DNA from: Thermodesulfovibrionales bacterium
GTDB lineage: Bacteria > Nitrospirota > Thermodesulfovibrionia > Thermodesulfovibrionales > SM23-35
NCBI GenBank assembly: GCA_031082155.1
Contig: JAVHLL010000009.1
Span: forward strand, 2,052 to 66,051
DNA: 64,000 nt
Direction: 5' to 3'
Position numbers and translations under genes: made by a program. Shown here one piece after another: positions 30,401 through 40,212 of the stretch. The notes under the pieces were generated by a model. It was not told the origin of the DNA and made no database searches. It saw only the letters and a program-made list of their open reading frames with translations. Positions within the stretch are counted from its first letter, which is position 1. Every line of letters begins with the position of its first letter.

Positions 30401-30968
30401 CGACGTAAACTTCTTTGTACTGGTGCCTTTTCTTGGAGGCCTGAGGACAATAGAGATAATTGATACAGAGACGGGGGAAAAAGTCCATGAGGAGGATGTA
30501 ACTGAACTGATTGAAGATTTCTGCCAGAAAACAAATTATCAGGAATCCGAGTGTCAGACATACACGATGGGGGTTCCTGTGGATATCAAGCCGCAAGGGT
30601 GCCCCAATCCTTTAAACATGAAAGCGAAAGGAGTCTTGCCTGTAGCAGTTCTTGGAACAGCTTCTATCGATATATCCATGATTGATCCTGTATCGATCAA
30701 GCTGGAAGGAGTTGCTCCTGTAAAATATGCAAGGGAGGATGTGGCAACGCCATATTTGCCGTTTACCGGAAAGACCCAGTCTGCCGACTGTACATCTGCC
30801 GGCCCCGACGGAATTACTGATTTGATTCTTAAATTCGATATAAAGTCTCTTGTCTCTGCATTAGGACCAACGAATGACAAAGAGGTCAAGGTACTGCACC
30901 TCACAGGAAAACTGAACGACGGGACATCCATTCTGGGTGAAGATGTGGTAATCATTTTGAAAAAGTAA
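27438..30968 (+). CDS. large secreted Cys-rich protein with thrombospondin type-3 repeats and an M64-like zinc metallopeptidase domain
   Basis: Signal peptide; about 13 DxDxDGxGDxCDNC repeats; KIDVVFVPD and [14 protein letters not shown]; C-terminal VDIKP...GVLPVAVLG domain. Confidence 0.85.
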   Translation: MKKRLCLLSCFVIMFLFAGLNFSYALDSDGDDDDIDDLYDNCPSMPNPDQFDSDKIPCTDPVCDIAWISDGFGDACDNCPYIYNPDQLDTDGDGIGDVCEIAITPITLMLTPENPGPGDSIRLDVWYFGIDVPEPDIKIFINRRLENECSAVTCSYEGGPFPDGLAYYVEYKGTDGLDYKTPEEFKVLENDDWDNDGVVNKDDNCLFEPNSDQKDEDILDCSTFPCSYKGDGVGDVCDNCPGIINSDQTDADKDSVGDICDNCKPIYTNSEQCIAARQTRDCLTTCWQEIVPPGSPACYTEDWFCKYCCDSSATNCTANGIAQFDNDHDGVGNACDACPETPAYLGPNIFGCPSCYDTSTGIFLDKTGSVYPDGVPLNALHDHCIDKTHLELYYCDIDLQVQSINLDCTQQFGSKSICYNNACRMDKDGDGIPDETDNCPELSNVSQADTDKDWIGDACDNCLSVYNQDQEDSDNDGSGNACDNCPYNANGDQDDNDGDGIGNACDNCPEKASKDQEDSDGDSIGNPCDNCIYYSNAGQKDWDVDGIGDDCDCNDDFMGANETGADCGGICSVQCPDCIPVILNGNPNDKIDVVFVPDKDYSGNITQFKKDVMFLIENGYLNQSAFLDSRCKFNFYYYPQEGDYVSACQKWELPIDPSDPIFIIPFHVKFWKSCGFRDSTAIVFTSGGRACAEGGSSTFSTSLEPRVPVHESGHAIFGLPDEYCCDGGYFKPAGHANIFPSLEDCQSSSVNPGYCFEFCPTFKCWPGNATEIQNCKNWYKQSAWPSFEYECDCKEYATKMNLDPNQCKPVDGSVNCSTAWWPYWQERGVSNIYSLSVQTPNWCNWRGNGMQECCDNGWWKSDANSCYMVNGNIFQPDCDIKITDKLNSLPACTNPGTSSLKTLSLAGQSAAADKFIALGYNIKEGVITLLGVALDYGSTPNYFNEYGRFTVRELSSSGEELFSILLSDPREFRFGSQENFEQGMMMGDDVNFFVLVPFLGGLRTIEIIDTETGEKVHEEDVTELIEDFCQKTNYQESECQTYTMGVPVDIKPQGCPNPLNMKAKGVLPVAVLGTASIDISMIDPVSIKLEGVAPVKYAREDVATPYLPFTGKTQSADCTSAGPDGITDLILKFDIKSLVSALGPTNDKEVKVLHLTGKLNDGTSILGEDVVIILKK

Positions 30969-30995
30969 TTCACCTTGAAGAAGTGAATAAATGTC

Positions 30996-31811
30996 TCATC
31001 TCAAAATTCTGTTTTCTGAAATTATCCGGTACATTTCCGGCCTTCTGTCTTCGAAGAGATTATTCAGGGAAGTAACGGCTTTGTTGCGAGCCACCGCAGG
31101 GTCGATGTCCAAGGTCAGGAGAGCCTCGTTATCCGCTAGAGCCCGGACAAGGATAGTGCCGTCAGGTGCGGTGATCTGGCTCTGCCCTATGAACCTGAGC
31201 GGTGGTCCCTCCTTGCGCGTTTCCTGGCCGATGCGGTTTGCGGTGACCGCATACACCCTGTTTTCACGGCACAGTACCGGCATGGAGTTGGGACAGTGGG
31301 GGAGCACGAGGTTCGAAGGGTGCGCCACGACGTCTGCTCCCATAAGGGCAAGGGTTCTCATGGATTCAGGGAAATACCAGTCGAAACAGATCATGATTCC
31401 GATACGGCCAATAACGGTATCCCACACCTGAAAACCGGTATCGCCCGGACTGAAAAAGAGCTTCTCTTCAAAGAACAGATGGGTTTTTCTGTAGACACCG
31501 ATGAAACCGTCGGGCCCGGTCAGGACCGCACTGTTATAAAATTGTTCGCCGGCCTTTTCCGGGAGTCCGGCAACGATATGGAGGTTCTTCTTTTGGGATA
31601 ACGCAGACAATGCCTGGGTTGTCTGTCCATCGGGTATTTTTTCTGAAAGCCCAGCGACTTCTTCCCGGGAGACGAACTGGTATCCTGTCGCAAAAAACTC
31701 AGGAAGGACAAGGAGGTCTGCATCGGTGTCCCTGACTGCCGAGAGAACCCTTCTGAGATTCTCTTCTGTTTTTCCGAAAACCGGACAGTATTGATAAAAA
31801 CCTGCTTTCAT
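30996..31811 (-). CDS. carbon-nitrogen hydrolase (nitrilase superfamily)
   Basis: E-K-C triad: VLPEF, YRKTHL, ICFDWYFPE. Confidence 0.92.
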   Translation of the reverse strand: MKAGFYQYCPVFGKTEENLRRVLSAVRDTDADLLVLPEFFATGYQFVSREEVAGLSEKIPDGQTTQALSALSQKKNLHIVAGLPEKAGEQFYNSAVLTGPDGFIGVYRKTHLFFEEKLFFSPGDTGFQVWDTVIGRIGIMICFDWYFPESMRTLALMGADVVAHPSNLVLPHCPNSMPVLCRENRVYAVTANRIGQETRKEGPPLRFIGQSQITAPDGTILVRALADNEALLTLDIDPAVARNKAVTSLNNLFEDRRPEMYRIISENRILR

Positions 31812-31821
31812 AATATAGGTT

Positions 31822-32139
31822 TCAACCAGTGACGTCTTTCAGCCATCTAAGATAATCTTCATATCCTTCAACAACCGGCATCGCAATTATCTCCGGTACC
31901 TTATAGCTATGGAGTTCTCTGACCCTTTGAGAGAGTTTCGGAAACAGTGATTTTTGGGTCTTTGCAATCATGAGGACCTCGTTCTCATCCTCAGTTTTTC
32001 CTTCCCACCTATAGATGGAACGGATATCTTTCACAATATTCACACACCCTGCAAGACGCTCCTCGACCAGAGCTTTTGCTATGTTCGCCCCTTCGTCTTC
32101 ATTTGATGCGGTGATAAAAACGATAAGAGCATCCATCAT
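31822..32139 (-). CDS. cutA: divalent-cation tolerance protein CutA
   Basis: LAGCVNI, SIYRWEG, HSYKVPEI. Confidence 0.95.
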   Translation of the reverse strand: MMDALIVFITASNEDEGANIAKALVEERLAGCVNIVKDIRSIYRWEGKTEDENEVLMIAKTQKSLFPKLSQRVRELHSYKVPEIIAMPVVEGYEDYLRWLKDVTG

Positions 32140-32172
32140 ATTTCTCTCCTTCAGACTGAATGATACATATAG

Positions 32173-32673
32173 TTACTGCCTTTTCCCCAGGGTCTTATAG
32201 TATTCGATATCGAGGAGCCGTCTCTTGATATTTTTGCCTGCGGAATATCCCCCAAGGGAACCGTCGGATTCTATGACCCGATGGCAGGGCAGGATGATAG
32301 GAAGGGGGTTTTTGCTGAGGGCCTGTCCAACTGCCCTGGAAGCCGCGGGATTGCCGATCTTTTCGGACAGCCATTTATATGTCTTTGTCTCACCGTAGGG
32401 GATTTTTTTCAGGGCAAGCCATACGGTTTTTTCAAATTCAGTGCCCTTTATGAGGAGAATCGGCTGAGTGAATTCCTCTATTCCATTGTCAAAATATTCC
32501 CGGAGTTCTTTTTTTATCAGAGAGGAAGCACAGCCCCTGCGGATTATTTCAGAAGGCTTTCTGAAACAGATTCCCCGAAGTTTATTCTCCTGGAAGAAAA
32601 GATGGAGGAAACCTATAGGGCTTTCGAAGATATCATAGAAAGAATCAGTACTGCTCGACCTCTTCTCTCTCAT
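32173..32673 (-). CDS. ogt: methylated-DNA--protein-cysteine methyltransferase
   Basis: IPYGET, RAVG, NPLPIILPCHRV; start ATG 32673 after GGAG. Confidence 0.93.
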   Translation of the reverse strand: MREKRSSSTDSFYDIFESPIGFLHLFFQENKLRGICFRKPSEIIRRGCASSLIKKELREYFDNGIEEFTQPILLIKGTEFEKTVWLALKKIPYGETKTYKWLSEKIGNPAASRAVGQALSKNPLPIILPCHRVIESDGSLGGYSAGKNIKRRLLDIEYYKTLGKRQ

Positions 32674-35600
32674 ACTGCTCCTTTGAGTAGACTTCAACCC
32701 TGTCCCCCCCTTTACTGAACGCGCGTGCAAGGGCCTTTTCAGCGCATAAGATAAATTCTTCGGTCGGCTGGCCGTCGAGGAAGGTGAGGCCGATGCTCGC
32801 AGTGACATGGCCTTTTGGCTGAGAGTCCTCATAAATGAAGGGATAGTTTTTGATGATCGCATTGAACCGGTTCCCCATGGAAAGGGCAGCTGCAATGACG
32901 GTATTCGGTAGCAATATGGCGAAGGAGTCCCCTCCGTAGCGTACAACAACGTCTGACCCTCTGATATTTTTCGTAAGGAGTTCAGCGACTTTCTTCAGCG
33001 TCATGTTCCCGTAGAATTCTCCATGGCTTTTTGCATATTGATCGAAATAATCGAGATCGAGAAGGAGAAGGTTCAGCGGTATTTTGTACCGTGTCGCCCT
33101 TTCTACCTCCTGGGCAAGCCGGATCTGGAAGTAACGGTGGCTGAAGACACCGGTTAGGTCGTCTATAAGACCGGCCCTCCGGGGATAAAGGATCTCCAGT
33201 TCCTTGATATGATTGATGAGTTCTTTGGTATCGAAGGCATATTTTTGCACGATCCTCTCGATCTTTCCGACGAGGGCGAGCCTGTCTTCCACAGAGAGAT
33301 CTCTTTCGGTGATGATGAAGATCGGGATGTCTTTTGTCGACGGATTTTCTTTGATTTTGTTGATTACATCAAAACCGAGCATGTCAGGCATTGAGAAGTC
33401 GAGCAGGATAACAGCGGGCCGCAGTGCCATTGAGAGTTCAATCCCTCTCTGCCCTGTCGCTGCGGTATATGTGAGAAAACCCTGTGGCTCGAAGATGTTC
33501 TTGAAATAGTTGGTGATCTCATCCTCTGCTTCTATGATCAAGAGAGAGGACGGCAATACTTTTTTCCCTTGTGTAACGGTAAGTTCCTCGAGTTTTGCAA
33601 AAAGGGCTTCTTTATCGAGCGGCTTCAGGAGATAATCGGTTGCACCGAGTGCAAAAGCCAGGTCTTTGTTGTCAACAATTGAATGGATAATAACCGGAAT
33701 CGCAGAGGTTAAAGGATCACTTTTCAGTTCCTGGAGAACCTCCCAGCCGTCTTTTTTCGGGATGAGAATATCGAGAGTTATGGCAAAGGGCAGGAGTTTT
33801 TTTGCTTTCTCGATCGCCTCTTCGCCATTGAATGCATGAGCCACTTTATATCCTGCCTGAGTGAGATGGAGCGTCAGGAGTTCTGCAGTGGAGAGATCGT
33901 CCTCAACGACAAGAAGAAGAGGGGCCTCTGCTTTCATCCAGGGGAAATTCAGGCTTACCGCTTCTATGTGCTCTGCAGGGACTGCCTCGGCAACCGGCGT
34001 CGAAACCGGTATCCAGAACGTGAACGTGCTCCCTTCACCGAGATTGCTCTCGACAAGGATAGAGCCTCCATGCAGTTCGACGAGTTTTTTGGTGAGGGCG
34101 AGGCCGAGGCCTGCTCCACCGTATTTCTTTGAGAAGACTGCACTGGCCTGCTCGAATTCGTCAAAAATCCTCTCCTTATCTTCGGGGCCTATCCCTATCC
34201 CGGTGTCCTGAACAGAAACCTGAACACATGCGATGTCGGGAGTTCCGCCGGGAAAACATCTGCCCGGAGTCTTGTCCTCGGATACAGTTAACCTTACCAC
34301 CCCGCCATCGGGGGTGAATTTTATCGCATTCGAGAGGAGATTATACAGGATCTGTTTCATTTTGACTTTATCAGCGGTGACGGTTATTACCCCTTCTCCC
34401 ATCGAGACAAAAATCTCGATAAACTTATTTTCGGCGAGCGGTTTCATGACGCCCATAACTTCACTGATTATATCGTCGACAAAAAAGGTCTCATAGACCA
34501 TTTCATATTTGCCTGCCTCAATCTTGGCTATGTCCAGAACATTGTTGATGAGTTCAAGAAGATGTTTCCCAGAGGAATAGATGTTCCTGATATACCGGTC
34601 CTGGTTTTCGGAAAGATCACCAAAAGTTCTGTCGAGAAGAATATCGGAAAAGCCGAGGATGGAGTTCAGAGGCGTTCTCAATTCATGGCTCATATTCGAA
34701 ATAAATCTGCCTTTCAGCTGGTTTGCGTATTCAAGTTCCCGATTGATTTTTTCGAGTTCTCCAGTCCGAGCGATGACCTTTTTCTCAAGATTTTTTCTCA
34801 GATCTTCGATTACCCGGTTTTTCTCATCGATAACCTTTTCAAGGCTCTTCTCTCCTTCCAGGTTTCGGAACATGAAGACCAGACCGAGCGGAGCGCCTTC
34901 AGAGTCATTCATAACGAGTGCGTTGAGTATTGCAGCGATCGTTTGCCCGCTTTTGCCCTGCAGGGTAGCCTGAGCCTCCTTGAGGAGAGCGTTGTTATCG
35001 AGTTCTTTCTGAATCGATGTCCAGAGATTGTCGGTCATGAGAGATTGTATTGACCTTGCAGTCAACTCATCCGCTGGGTATCCGAGCAATTCAACTGCCT
35101 GGTTATTGCAGAGACTGATCTGGCCGAAAGTATCGGTTATGAAGACCAGATCTGTCGTGGTTTCTATTAACTTGAGTGTTTCGAGATTCAGGTCCCCGAT
35201 TTTTTTGATCAGGCTAAATCTGTCAATGCAAATACCTGCCAAAGTGGTAAGGAGACTGAGAGAGGCCTGTTGTCTCGCGGAGAACTGGCGCGGTTTAAAG
35301 TCATCTATATAGAGGATACCGACAACTTTTTCCCTGAGCACAACAGGACAGGCAAGCAGCGACCGTATTTTTTCACTGATTAAGGCCGGATTGTTTCTCG
35401 TAATATCAACTTTCAGGGTGTCCGGGATTGCTAGGATATCTGTACTTCGGAGAATTGTATCAGTAAGTCCGCCGGATATAATGTTCCATGTTTTATTCTC
35501 GGTGAAGCGCCGGCTCAGGCCCTTGGAGGCAATGAGTTTCATTTCGTCATTTTCGCGGATGACCAGACTGCCTGCAGGGGCGTCGGCTATTTCAAGGGCT

Positions 35601-36034
35601 TTTTCAAGAACGAGCTGCATGAGGTCATTGAGAATTTCGTGTTTGCCCAGTTCTGACATGACCCCCAGAACCGTTTTCTGGTTCTCTATCGTCTTGGCAG
35701 CTTCAATCCTCGCCCGTTTCTGTTTTTCGATAATCTCCCAGAGGAACCGGGCGCCCACGCCTTCAATGACTTCTATTTTATATGCCGAGGCAGAACGTAT
35801 CTCCTCGCTTAGTTTGGGATTGCCTGCGACATTGATAACCATTTCCGGACCGGAACCGATGAGCGACTGAATATCCTCAAAAACAGGGATGTTCCACTTT
35901 CGTGCAAGAATGACTCCGGGAGAGTCCAGCTTCTTTTCGTAGAGTCCGGTCAGTTCTGTATTCGCATCCCCCCTAAGGAGGGAGATGAGGGCACTGGCGC
36001 CTATGTTGCCCCCTGCGATTGCTAATCTAAGCAT
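32645..36034 (-). CDS. hybrid sensor histidine kinase (Rossmann-like N-terminus, GAF, PAS, HisKA, HATPase, 2xREC, degenerate GGDEF)
   Basis: MSHELRTPL, NLLSNAIKFT, DTGIG, GAGLGL; REC LDILIP; RGSD..YGGDSF. Confidence 0.92.
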   Translation of the reverse strand: MLRLAIAGGNIGASALISLLRGDANTELTGLYEKKLDSPGVILARKWNIPVFEDIQSLIGSGPEMVINVAGNPKLSEEIRSASAYKIEVIEGVGARFLWEIIEKQKRARIEAAKTIENQKTVLGVMSELGKHEILNDLMQLVLEKALEIADAPAGSLVIRENDEMKLIASKGLSRRFTENKTWNIISGGLTDTILRSTDILAIPDTLKVDITRNNPALISEKIRSLLACPVVLREKVVGILYIDDFKPRQFSARQQASLSLLTTLAGICIDRFSLIKKIGDLNLETLKLIETTTDLVFITDTFGQISLCNNQAVELLGYPADELTARSIQSLMTDNLWTSIQKELDNNALLKEAQATLQGKSGQTIAAILNALVMNDSEGAPLGLVFMFRNLEGEKSLEKVIDEKNRVIEDLRKNLEKKVIARTGELEKINRELEYANQLKGRFISNMSHELRTPLNSILGFSDILLDRTFGDLSENQDRYIRNIYSSGKHLLELINNVLDIAKIEAGKYEMVYETFFVDDIISEVMGVMKPLAENKFIEIFVSMGEGVITVTADKVKMKQILYNLLSNAIKFTPDGGVVRLTVSEDKTPGRCFPGGTPDIACVQVSVQDTGIGIGPEDKERIFDEFEQASAVFSKKYGGAGLGLALTKKLVELHGGSILVESNLGEGSTFTFWIPVSTPVAEAVPAEHIEAVSLNFPWMKAEAPLLLVVEDDLSTAELLTLHLTQAGYKVAHAFNGEEAIEKAKKLLPFAITLDILIPKKDGWEVLQELKSDPLTSAIPVIIHSIVDNKDLAFALGATDYLLKPLDKEALFAKLEELTVTQGKKVLPSSLLIIEAEDEITNYFKNIFEPQGFLTYTAATGQRGIELSMALRPAVILLDFSMPDMLGFDVINKIKENPSTKDIPIFIITERDLSVEDRLALVGKIERIVQKYAFDTKELINHIKELEILYPRRAGLIDDLTGVFSHRYFQIRLAQEVERATRYKIPLNLLLLDLDYFDQYAKSHGEFYGNMTLKKVAELLTKNIRGSDVVVRYGGDSFAILLPNTVIAAALSMGNRFNAIIKNYPFIYEDSQPKGHVTASIGLTFLDGQPTEEFILCAEKALARAFSKGGDRVEVYSKEQYEREEVEQY

Positions 36035-37031
36035 CTACCCTATAACCCTTTGCGGTAAGCGGGGTCATCATGTCGAAGAAATATCCAATCAATTCAGAAT
36101 CCCACTGGCCGTAATACCTTTCCTCCTTCATCGTTTCTATGGTAGTTTGTACGGACCTGCGGTCGCGGTAAGGACGCACCGACACCATAGCATCAAAAGA
36201 GTCGACGATCGCGAGAATCCGTGCCATTATAGGAATGTCGTCTCCGAAGAGCCCGTCAGGGAACCCGCTCCCGTCCCACCGTTCGTGATGATGCCGTATC
36301 GCAGGCAGGATTTTCTTCATAGAAACGAGAGGCCTGCACAATTCCTCCCCGAGTATTGCATGGGTTTTGATCATTTCAATTTCTTCTGTTGTGAGAGGGC
36401 CCGGCTTCCTGAGCAGGGTTTCGCTCAGACAGATTTTGCCTATATCATGGAGAATACCGGCTTTTTTCATCTCTTCCTTGTCCTTTTCATGAAGGCCGAG
36501 GAAGTTGACAAAATCCAGCGCCAGTTTACTGACGCGGGTTGAATGTCCTTTCGTGTAAGGGTCACGCGCTTCCATGGCTACTGCAAGGGTAAGAATGATA
36601 TTTTCCGAGTGGTCGAGTTCTTCCTGAAGAGATTTCAATTTCAGGAGAGATTTAGCCTTCAATATCAATTCCGAAGTGTCGAAGGGCTTGCTGATAAAAT
36701 CATCAGCGCCCGATTCGATCCCTTTGAGCTTGCTTGAACGGTCATTCAGTGCAGTGAGAAGGATTACCGGGAAGAAAAATTTTTCGGATTGTTTTTTAAG
36801 CCTTCTGCACAATTCAAAGCCGTCCATCCCGGGCATCATAACATCGAGGACAGCCAGATCAACTCGGTTTTCTGCAATAAATTCAAGTGCAGCATGTGCG
36901 CCGAGGGCTGTAGACACCTGCAACCCTTCTCTCATAAACACAGCTTCCAGGAGTTCGAGGTTGGCCCGTACATCATCAACGACAAGAATCATCGGCGTCT
37001 CTTTTTCGACAAGACTTGTAAAGAGAGTCAT
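36027..37031 (-). CDS. REC-HD-GYP c-di-GMP phosphodiesterase
   Basis: ILVVDD..LDVMMP; DPYTKGHS, LHDIGK, HHERWDGSGFP. Confidence 0.93.
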   Translation of the reverse strand: MTLFTSLVEKETPMILVVDDVRANLELLEAVFMREGLQVSTALGAHAALEFIAENRVDLAVLDVMMPGMDGFELCRRLKKQSEKFFFPVILLTALNDRSSKLKGIESGADDFISKPFDTSELILKAKSLLKLKSLQEELDHSENIILTLAVAMEARDPYTKGHSTRVSKLALDFVNFLGLHEKDKEEMKKAGILHDIGKICLSETLLRKPGPLTTEEIEMIKTHAILGEELCRPLVSMKKILPAIRHHHERWDGSGFPDGLFGDDIPIMARILAIVDSFDAMVSVRPYRDRRSVQTTIETMKEERYYGQWDSELIGYFFDMMTPLTAKGYRVDA

Positions 37032-37204
37032 ATGGAAAATTTAACCATCATAAGGATAATTTGTCAATAAAATTATTATAAAATGGACTGTTACAAAATA
37101 AACTTAACCTTGTTCTTAAATGATTGTCTTTCTGCCGGCATAATAGCAGCAGCATTCACTGAGCAGTATTCCTATCCCTGAATATTTTGGACAGCAATAA
37201 GGCT

Positions 37205-38005
37205 TTATCGGACATAGACTCCATAAAGGGTATACACGAAGTGTCCCTGTATGGTATATGCTTCCATTCCCCAGTTGTCGGGAATGGGCCAATATGGTTC
37301 TCCCTCTTTCAGTGCTTTCATCGCTGCATCGTCAAGGCTTTTATGTCCTGAAGTTCTGACCAGTTCGACCGCACCAAGCCGCCCGCTTTTCTTTATGGTG
37401 AACCGTATTACCAGGTCCCCGTATATTCCTTGAGCCGCTGCATCAGGAGGGTAAACCCAGATGCTCTCGATCTTTTCCTTCAATCTTTTGTTATAGATAA
37501 GGAATTTATACTCACTGGTATTGAGTGTAAAGGTTTTATCTGTTTTTTCAGTTTCCTCTTGGTCTTTCTTTGCGAAGTCGTTAATGACTCCCCTGTCAAA
37601 TAATTTTTCTCTGAGAGAATAACCAGGCAAGGTTTCCGGTCTCTGTACACCTCTCCTGCCTGGCTGGGCAGCTCCTTGCTCTCCAGAAGGAGGAATCAGC
37701 GGTTGCGGAGGCGGTAATAGTGACTGCTTCTCTGCTTTGTCAGGGCTCTCTCCGGTGCTTTTTTCAGGTAGTGCGGGGGGAGCGACGGACGAAGGTCTTT
37801 GCAGTAAGGGTTTGGCGCTGGGAGCAGAAGGAGCAGCAGGAACCGAAGGAGTTGACCGGGGCAGGAATTCATCAGGTGAGACGAGACGCGCAAAGAATTC
37901 ATCCCCCGGCGTTGTTTCTTTTAAGGTGTGCAGAAAGAAAACGGCAAGGAGAAAAACAAGGATATGAATTGTAAACGAATAGACGAGAAATCTTCTCAGA
38001 TTCAA
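37205..38005 (-). CDS. TonB-family protein
   Basis: TM with SFTIH, Pro-rich linker, WVYPPDAAAQGIYG..TSG..LDDAA. Confidence 0.85.
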   Translation of the reverse strand: MNLRRFLVYSFTIHILVFLLAVFFLHTLKETTPGDEFFARLVSPDEFLPRSTPSVPAAPSAPSAKPLLQRPSSVAPPALPEKSTGESPDKAEKQSLLPPPQPLIPPSGEQGAAQPGRRGVQRPETLPGYSLREKLFDRGVINDFAKKDQEETEKTDKTFTLNTSEYKFLIYNKRLKEKIESIWVYPPDAAAQGIYGDLVIRFTIKKSGRLGAVELVRTSGHKSLDDAAMKALKEGEPYWPIPDNWGMEAYTIQGHFVYTLYGVYVR

Positions 38006-39093
38006 TGCAAAAACTTCCTGATTAACCCTGAATAGCTGAGGAAGGACTTTTTATGGCTGTCTTTCATGAGCCAGAGGCTCCGGGAGGCCAGCTGAATTTC
38101 TGGCCTTTTATGCAGGGCAACAAGCCTCTCGGCAGTGGTGTCATCTTTCAGGAAATAAGATCGCAGCTTTTCCATCAGGACGAACCGCTTCTGAAACCTG
38201 TATTTCCACATTTTCTTATAATTGTTCATCTCTCCCAGAAGAATTGCCTGTGCTGCAAGTGCTCCTGACGTCATTGCGTAATATATCCCTTCGTACGTGA
38301 GAGGCAGGACTTGTCCCGCAGAGTCCCCTGCAAAAAGAACTCTGCCACTCTGATAAAGCCCGCCATCCCAAAGTGGAATCCTGTATATTTTCCTTAAACC
38401 TTCTGCTTTGATCCCTTTTCTTATCTTAAACTTTTCGAAGAGGTTTTGTAATTCTCCGGGGGAGAAATGTCCTGTGCCCAGAGAAATTCCTTCATGCGCC
38501 GGAAATACCCAGGAATAAGAACCGGGAGCGTGGGAAGAGCCGAACCAGAATTCACAGGTCTCATTCTGCACACCCCGGATATATTCGGACAACGCAAAAA
38601 GTGACGCCGGCGGACTAATTCCGAGCGCTTTCCTCACCTTCGAGTTCACTCCGTCTGCAGCAATGACATACTCTGCCGTTATCTCGATTTTTTTATCACC
38701 GGTCCATGCTTCTATCCGATAAAGTGTATTGCCGGTAATCGCGCTAAACTCACCCTCAAGAACGCAGCTTCCTGCAGCCCAGGCTTGTTCCCGCAATACG
38801 GAATCAAACTCTTTTCTCTGCACAATTGCAATGCCGCTCTCTCCAAGTTCGACCGTGACATGCTCTCCTGCCGGTGAGATGAGCTTGATGTTCCGGATTT
38901 CTTTTTTGATTGTTGTTCTGGGGATAGAGAATTCATGGAAGGCGCTCAGAATCAGACCGCCGCCGCATGGCTTGGCGAAGGACAAATTCCGTTCGAGCAG
39001 AATAACCTCTGTTCCCTGTGCAGCAAGCACCTTCGCAGCGGTTGCACCGGCAGGTCCCCCGCCGACAACAAGGACTTTAGCCTGCAGTCGCAT
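38002..39093 (-). CDS. geranylgeranyl reductase family flavoprotein (BchP/ChlP-like)
   Basis: VVGGGPAG, KPCGGG, AADGVNS, YSWVFP, GDSAG..EGIYYA. Confidence 0.88.
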   Translation of the reverse strand: MRLQAKVLVVGGGPAGATAAKVLAAQGTEVILLERNLSFAKPCGGGLILSAFHEFSIPRTTIKKEIRNIKLISPAGEHVTVELGESGIAIVQRKEFDSVLREQAWAAGSCVLEGEFSAITGNTLYRIEAWTGDKKIEITAEYVIAADGVNSKVRKALGISPPASLFALSEYIRGVQNETCEFWFGSSHAPGSYSWVFPAHEGISLGTGHFSPGELQNLFEKFKIRKGIKAEGLRKIYRIPLWDGGLYQSGRVLFAGDSAGQVLPLTYEGIYYAMTSGALAAQAILLGEMNNYKKMWKYRFQKRFVLMEKLRSYFLKDDTTAERLVALHKRPEIQLASRSLWLMKDSHKKSFLSYSGLIRKFLH

Positions 39094-39183
39094 GGACGAA
39101 AGGCGCGTGAAAATAGCCAGCTATTATACAAGAGGGGTCTTTCAGAATGGCTCCCTCCACTTTATGCATAGATATCCCAACGG

Positions 39184-39230
39184 AAAAGGGAACGGATTGG
39201 CCTGTTGTGCACGGCCGGTTAACCGTTCTC
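39184..39230 (-). terminator. putative intrinsic terminator after the JAB gene
   Basis: On the minus strand GAGAACGG..CCGGCC..GGCCAAT CCGTTCCC followed by TTTT. Confidence 0.45.
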
Positions 39231-39244
39231 TTACATGTTCGTTC

Positions 39245-39751
39245 TCAAAAACCCGGTGGAAACGGGCAGTGTATTTTTGCCTTTCTCACCGACGTACTGC
39301 TCTTCAGATAATGGGCGGATATTTTAAAGAAAAAATCACTTACCGAGCCCGAGATTGTGCCGTCCCTGTTTTCTCCCCAAGACATGGTTTTTTCGTTGTT
39401 ATTGATAGCGATGATAACATAAATATTATTCGCAACCATGCTTTGAATATCTTCCTCACTCGGGATTGAAAGCCCCTTTGCTGAACCAAACTGTGTGTGA
39501 GAATGAAAGTCGCCTATTTTCTGAAGCTTGTCAAATTTGGCAAGAATCGGCTCAATCTTCCTGTGGTTTTTCCGGTTGTACGTTACCGTCCGGTGTTTCC
39601 TGTTCGCAGTTTGAATGCTGAATGCGTGCTCGACAATGAAACGGTCTTCGAGCCTGTACCCGAGAAGAAAGCCGAAACATTCTTTCTTGTATACCTCTGC
39701 TGAGCTGAGGAGAAGATCGATAAAAGCATTCTCAGCGAGGTATAAGCGCAT
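39245..39751 (-). CDS. JAB/MPN (JAMM) domain metalloprotease-like protein
   Basis: ECFGFLLG ... IGDFHSH ... PSEED (E..HxH..S..D). Confidence 0.85.
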   Translation of the reverse strand: MRLYLAENAFIDLLLSSAEVYKKECFGFLLGYRLEDRFIVEHAFSIQTANRKHRTVTYNRKNHRKIEPILAKFDKLQKIGDFHSHTQFGSAKGLSIPSEEDIQSMVANNIYVIIAINNNEKTMSWGENRDGTISGSVSDFFFKISAHYLKSSTSVRKAKIHCPFPPGF

Positions 39752-39762
39752 GCTGCAAGGTC

Positions 39763-40212
39763 CTAATACTGAGGGAGCCTTACCGTCAATACCGGACATG
39801 GGGCATAACGGACAACCTGCGCCGCCGTGCTCCCAAAAAGGATCCTGTCCAGACCTTTTTTCCCGTGAGTGCCCATGATAATCATGTCAACTTTTTTCTC
39901 TGCCGCCAGTTTCATGATTTCCTCATGCGGTACACCGGTGATCACAGAGCGTTCGATGTCCTTGAACCCGCTCAGTTCCTGAACCCCAAACCGCTCCAGT
40001 TCCTTTTTTGCCCCCTCCTGGATATCTTTATACATCTGGTCGACTGAAACGTGGGGAACGTACCAGCCTGAAGCCTTTGCAACGTCGTAAATAATATGGA
40101 CAACATACAGCTTTGATCCAAACCGCTTTGCCATTTCAACAGCGTACTTCAGCGCCTGAGCTGACCCATCAGAAAAGTCTGTCGGGAAAAGAATACTTTT
40201 GATTTCCATCAT
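39763..40212 (-). CDS. universal stress protein
   Basis: ILFPTDFS, MGTHG, FGSTAAQVVRYAPCPVL. Confidence 0.93.
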   Translation of the reverse strand: MMEIKSILFPTDFSDGSAQALKYAVEMAKRFGSKLYVVHIIYDVAKASGWYVPHVSVDQMYKDIQEGAKKELERFGVQELSGFKDIERSVITGVPHEEIMKLAAEKKVDMIIMGTHGKKGLDRILFGSTAAQVVRYAPCPVLTVRLPQY

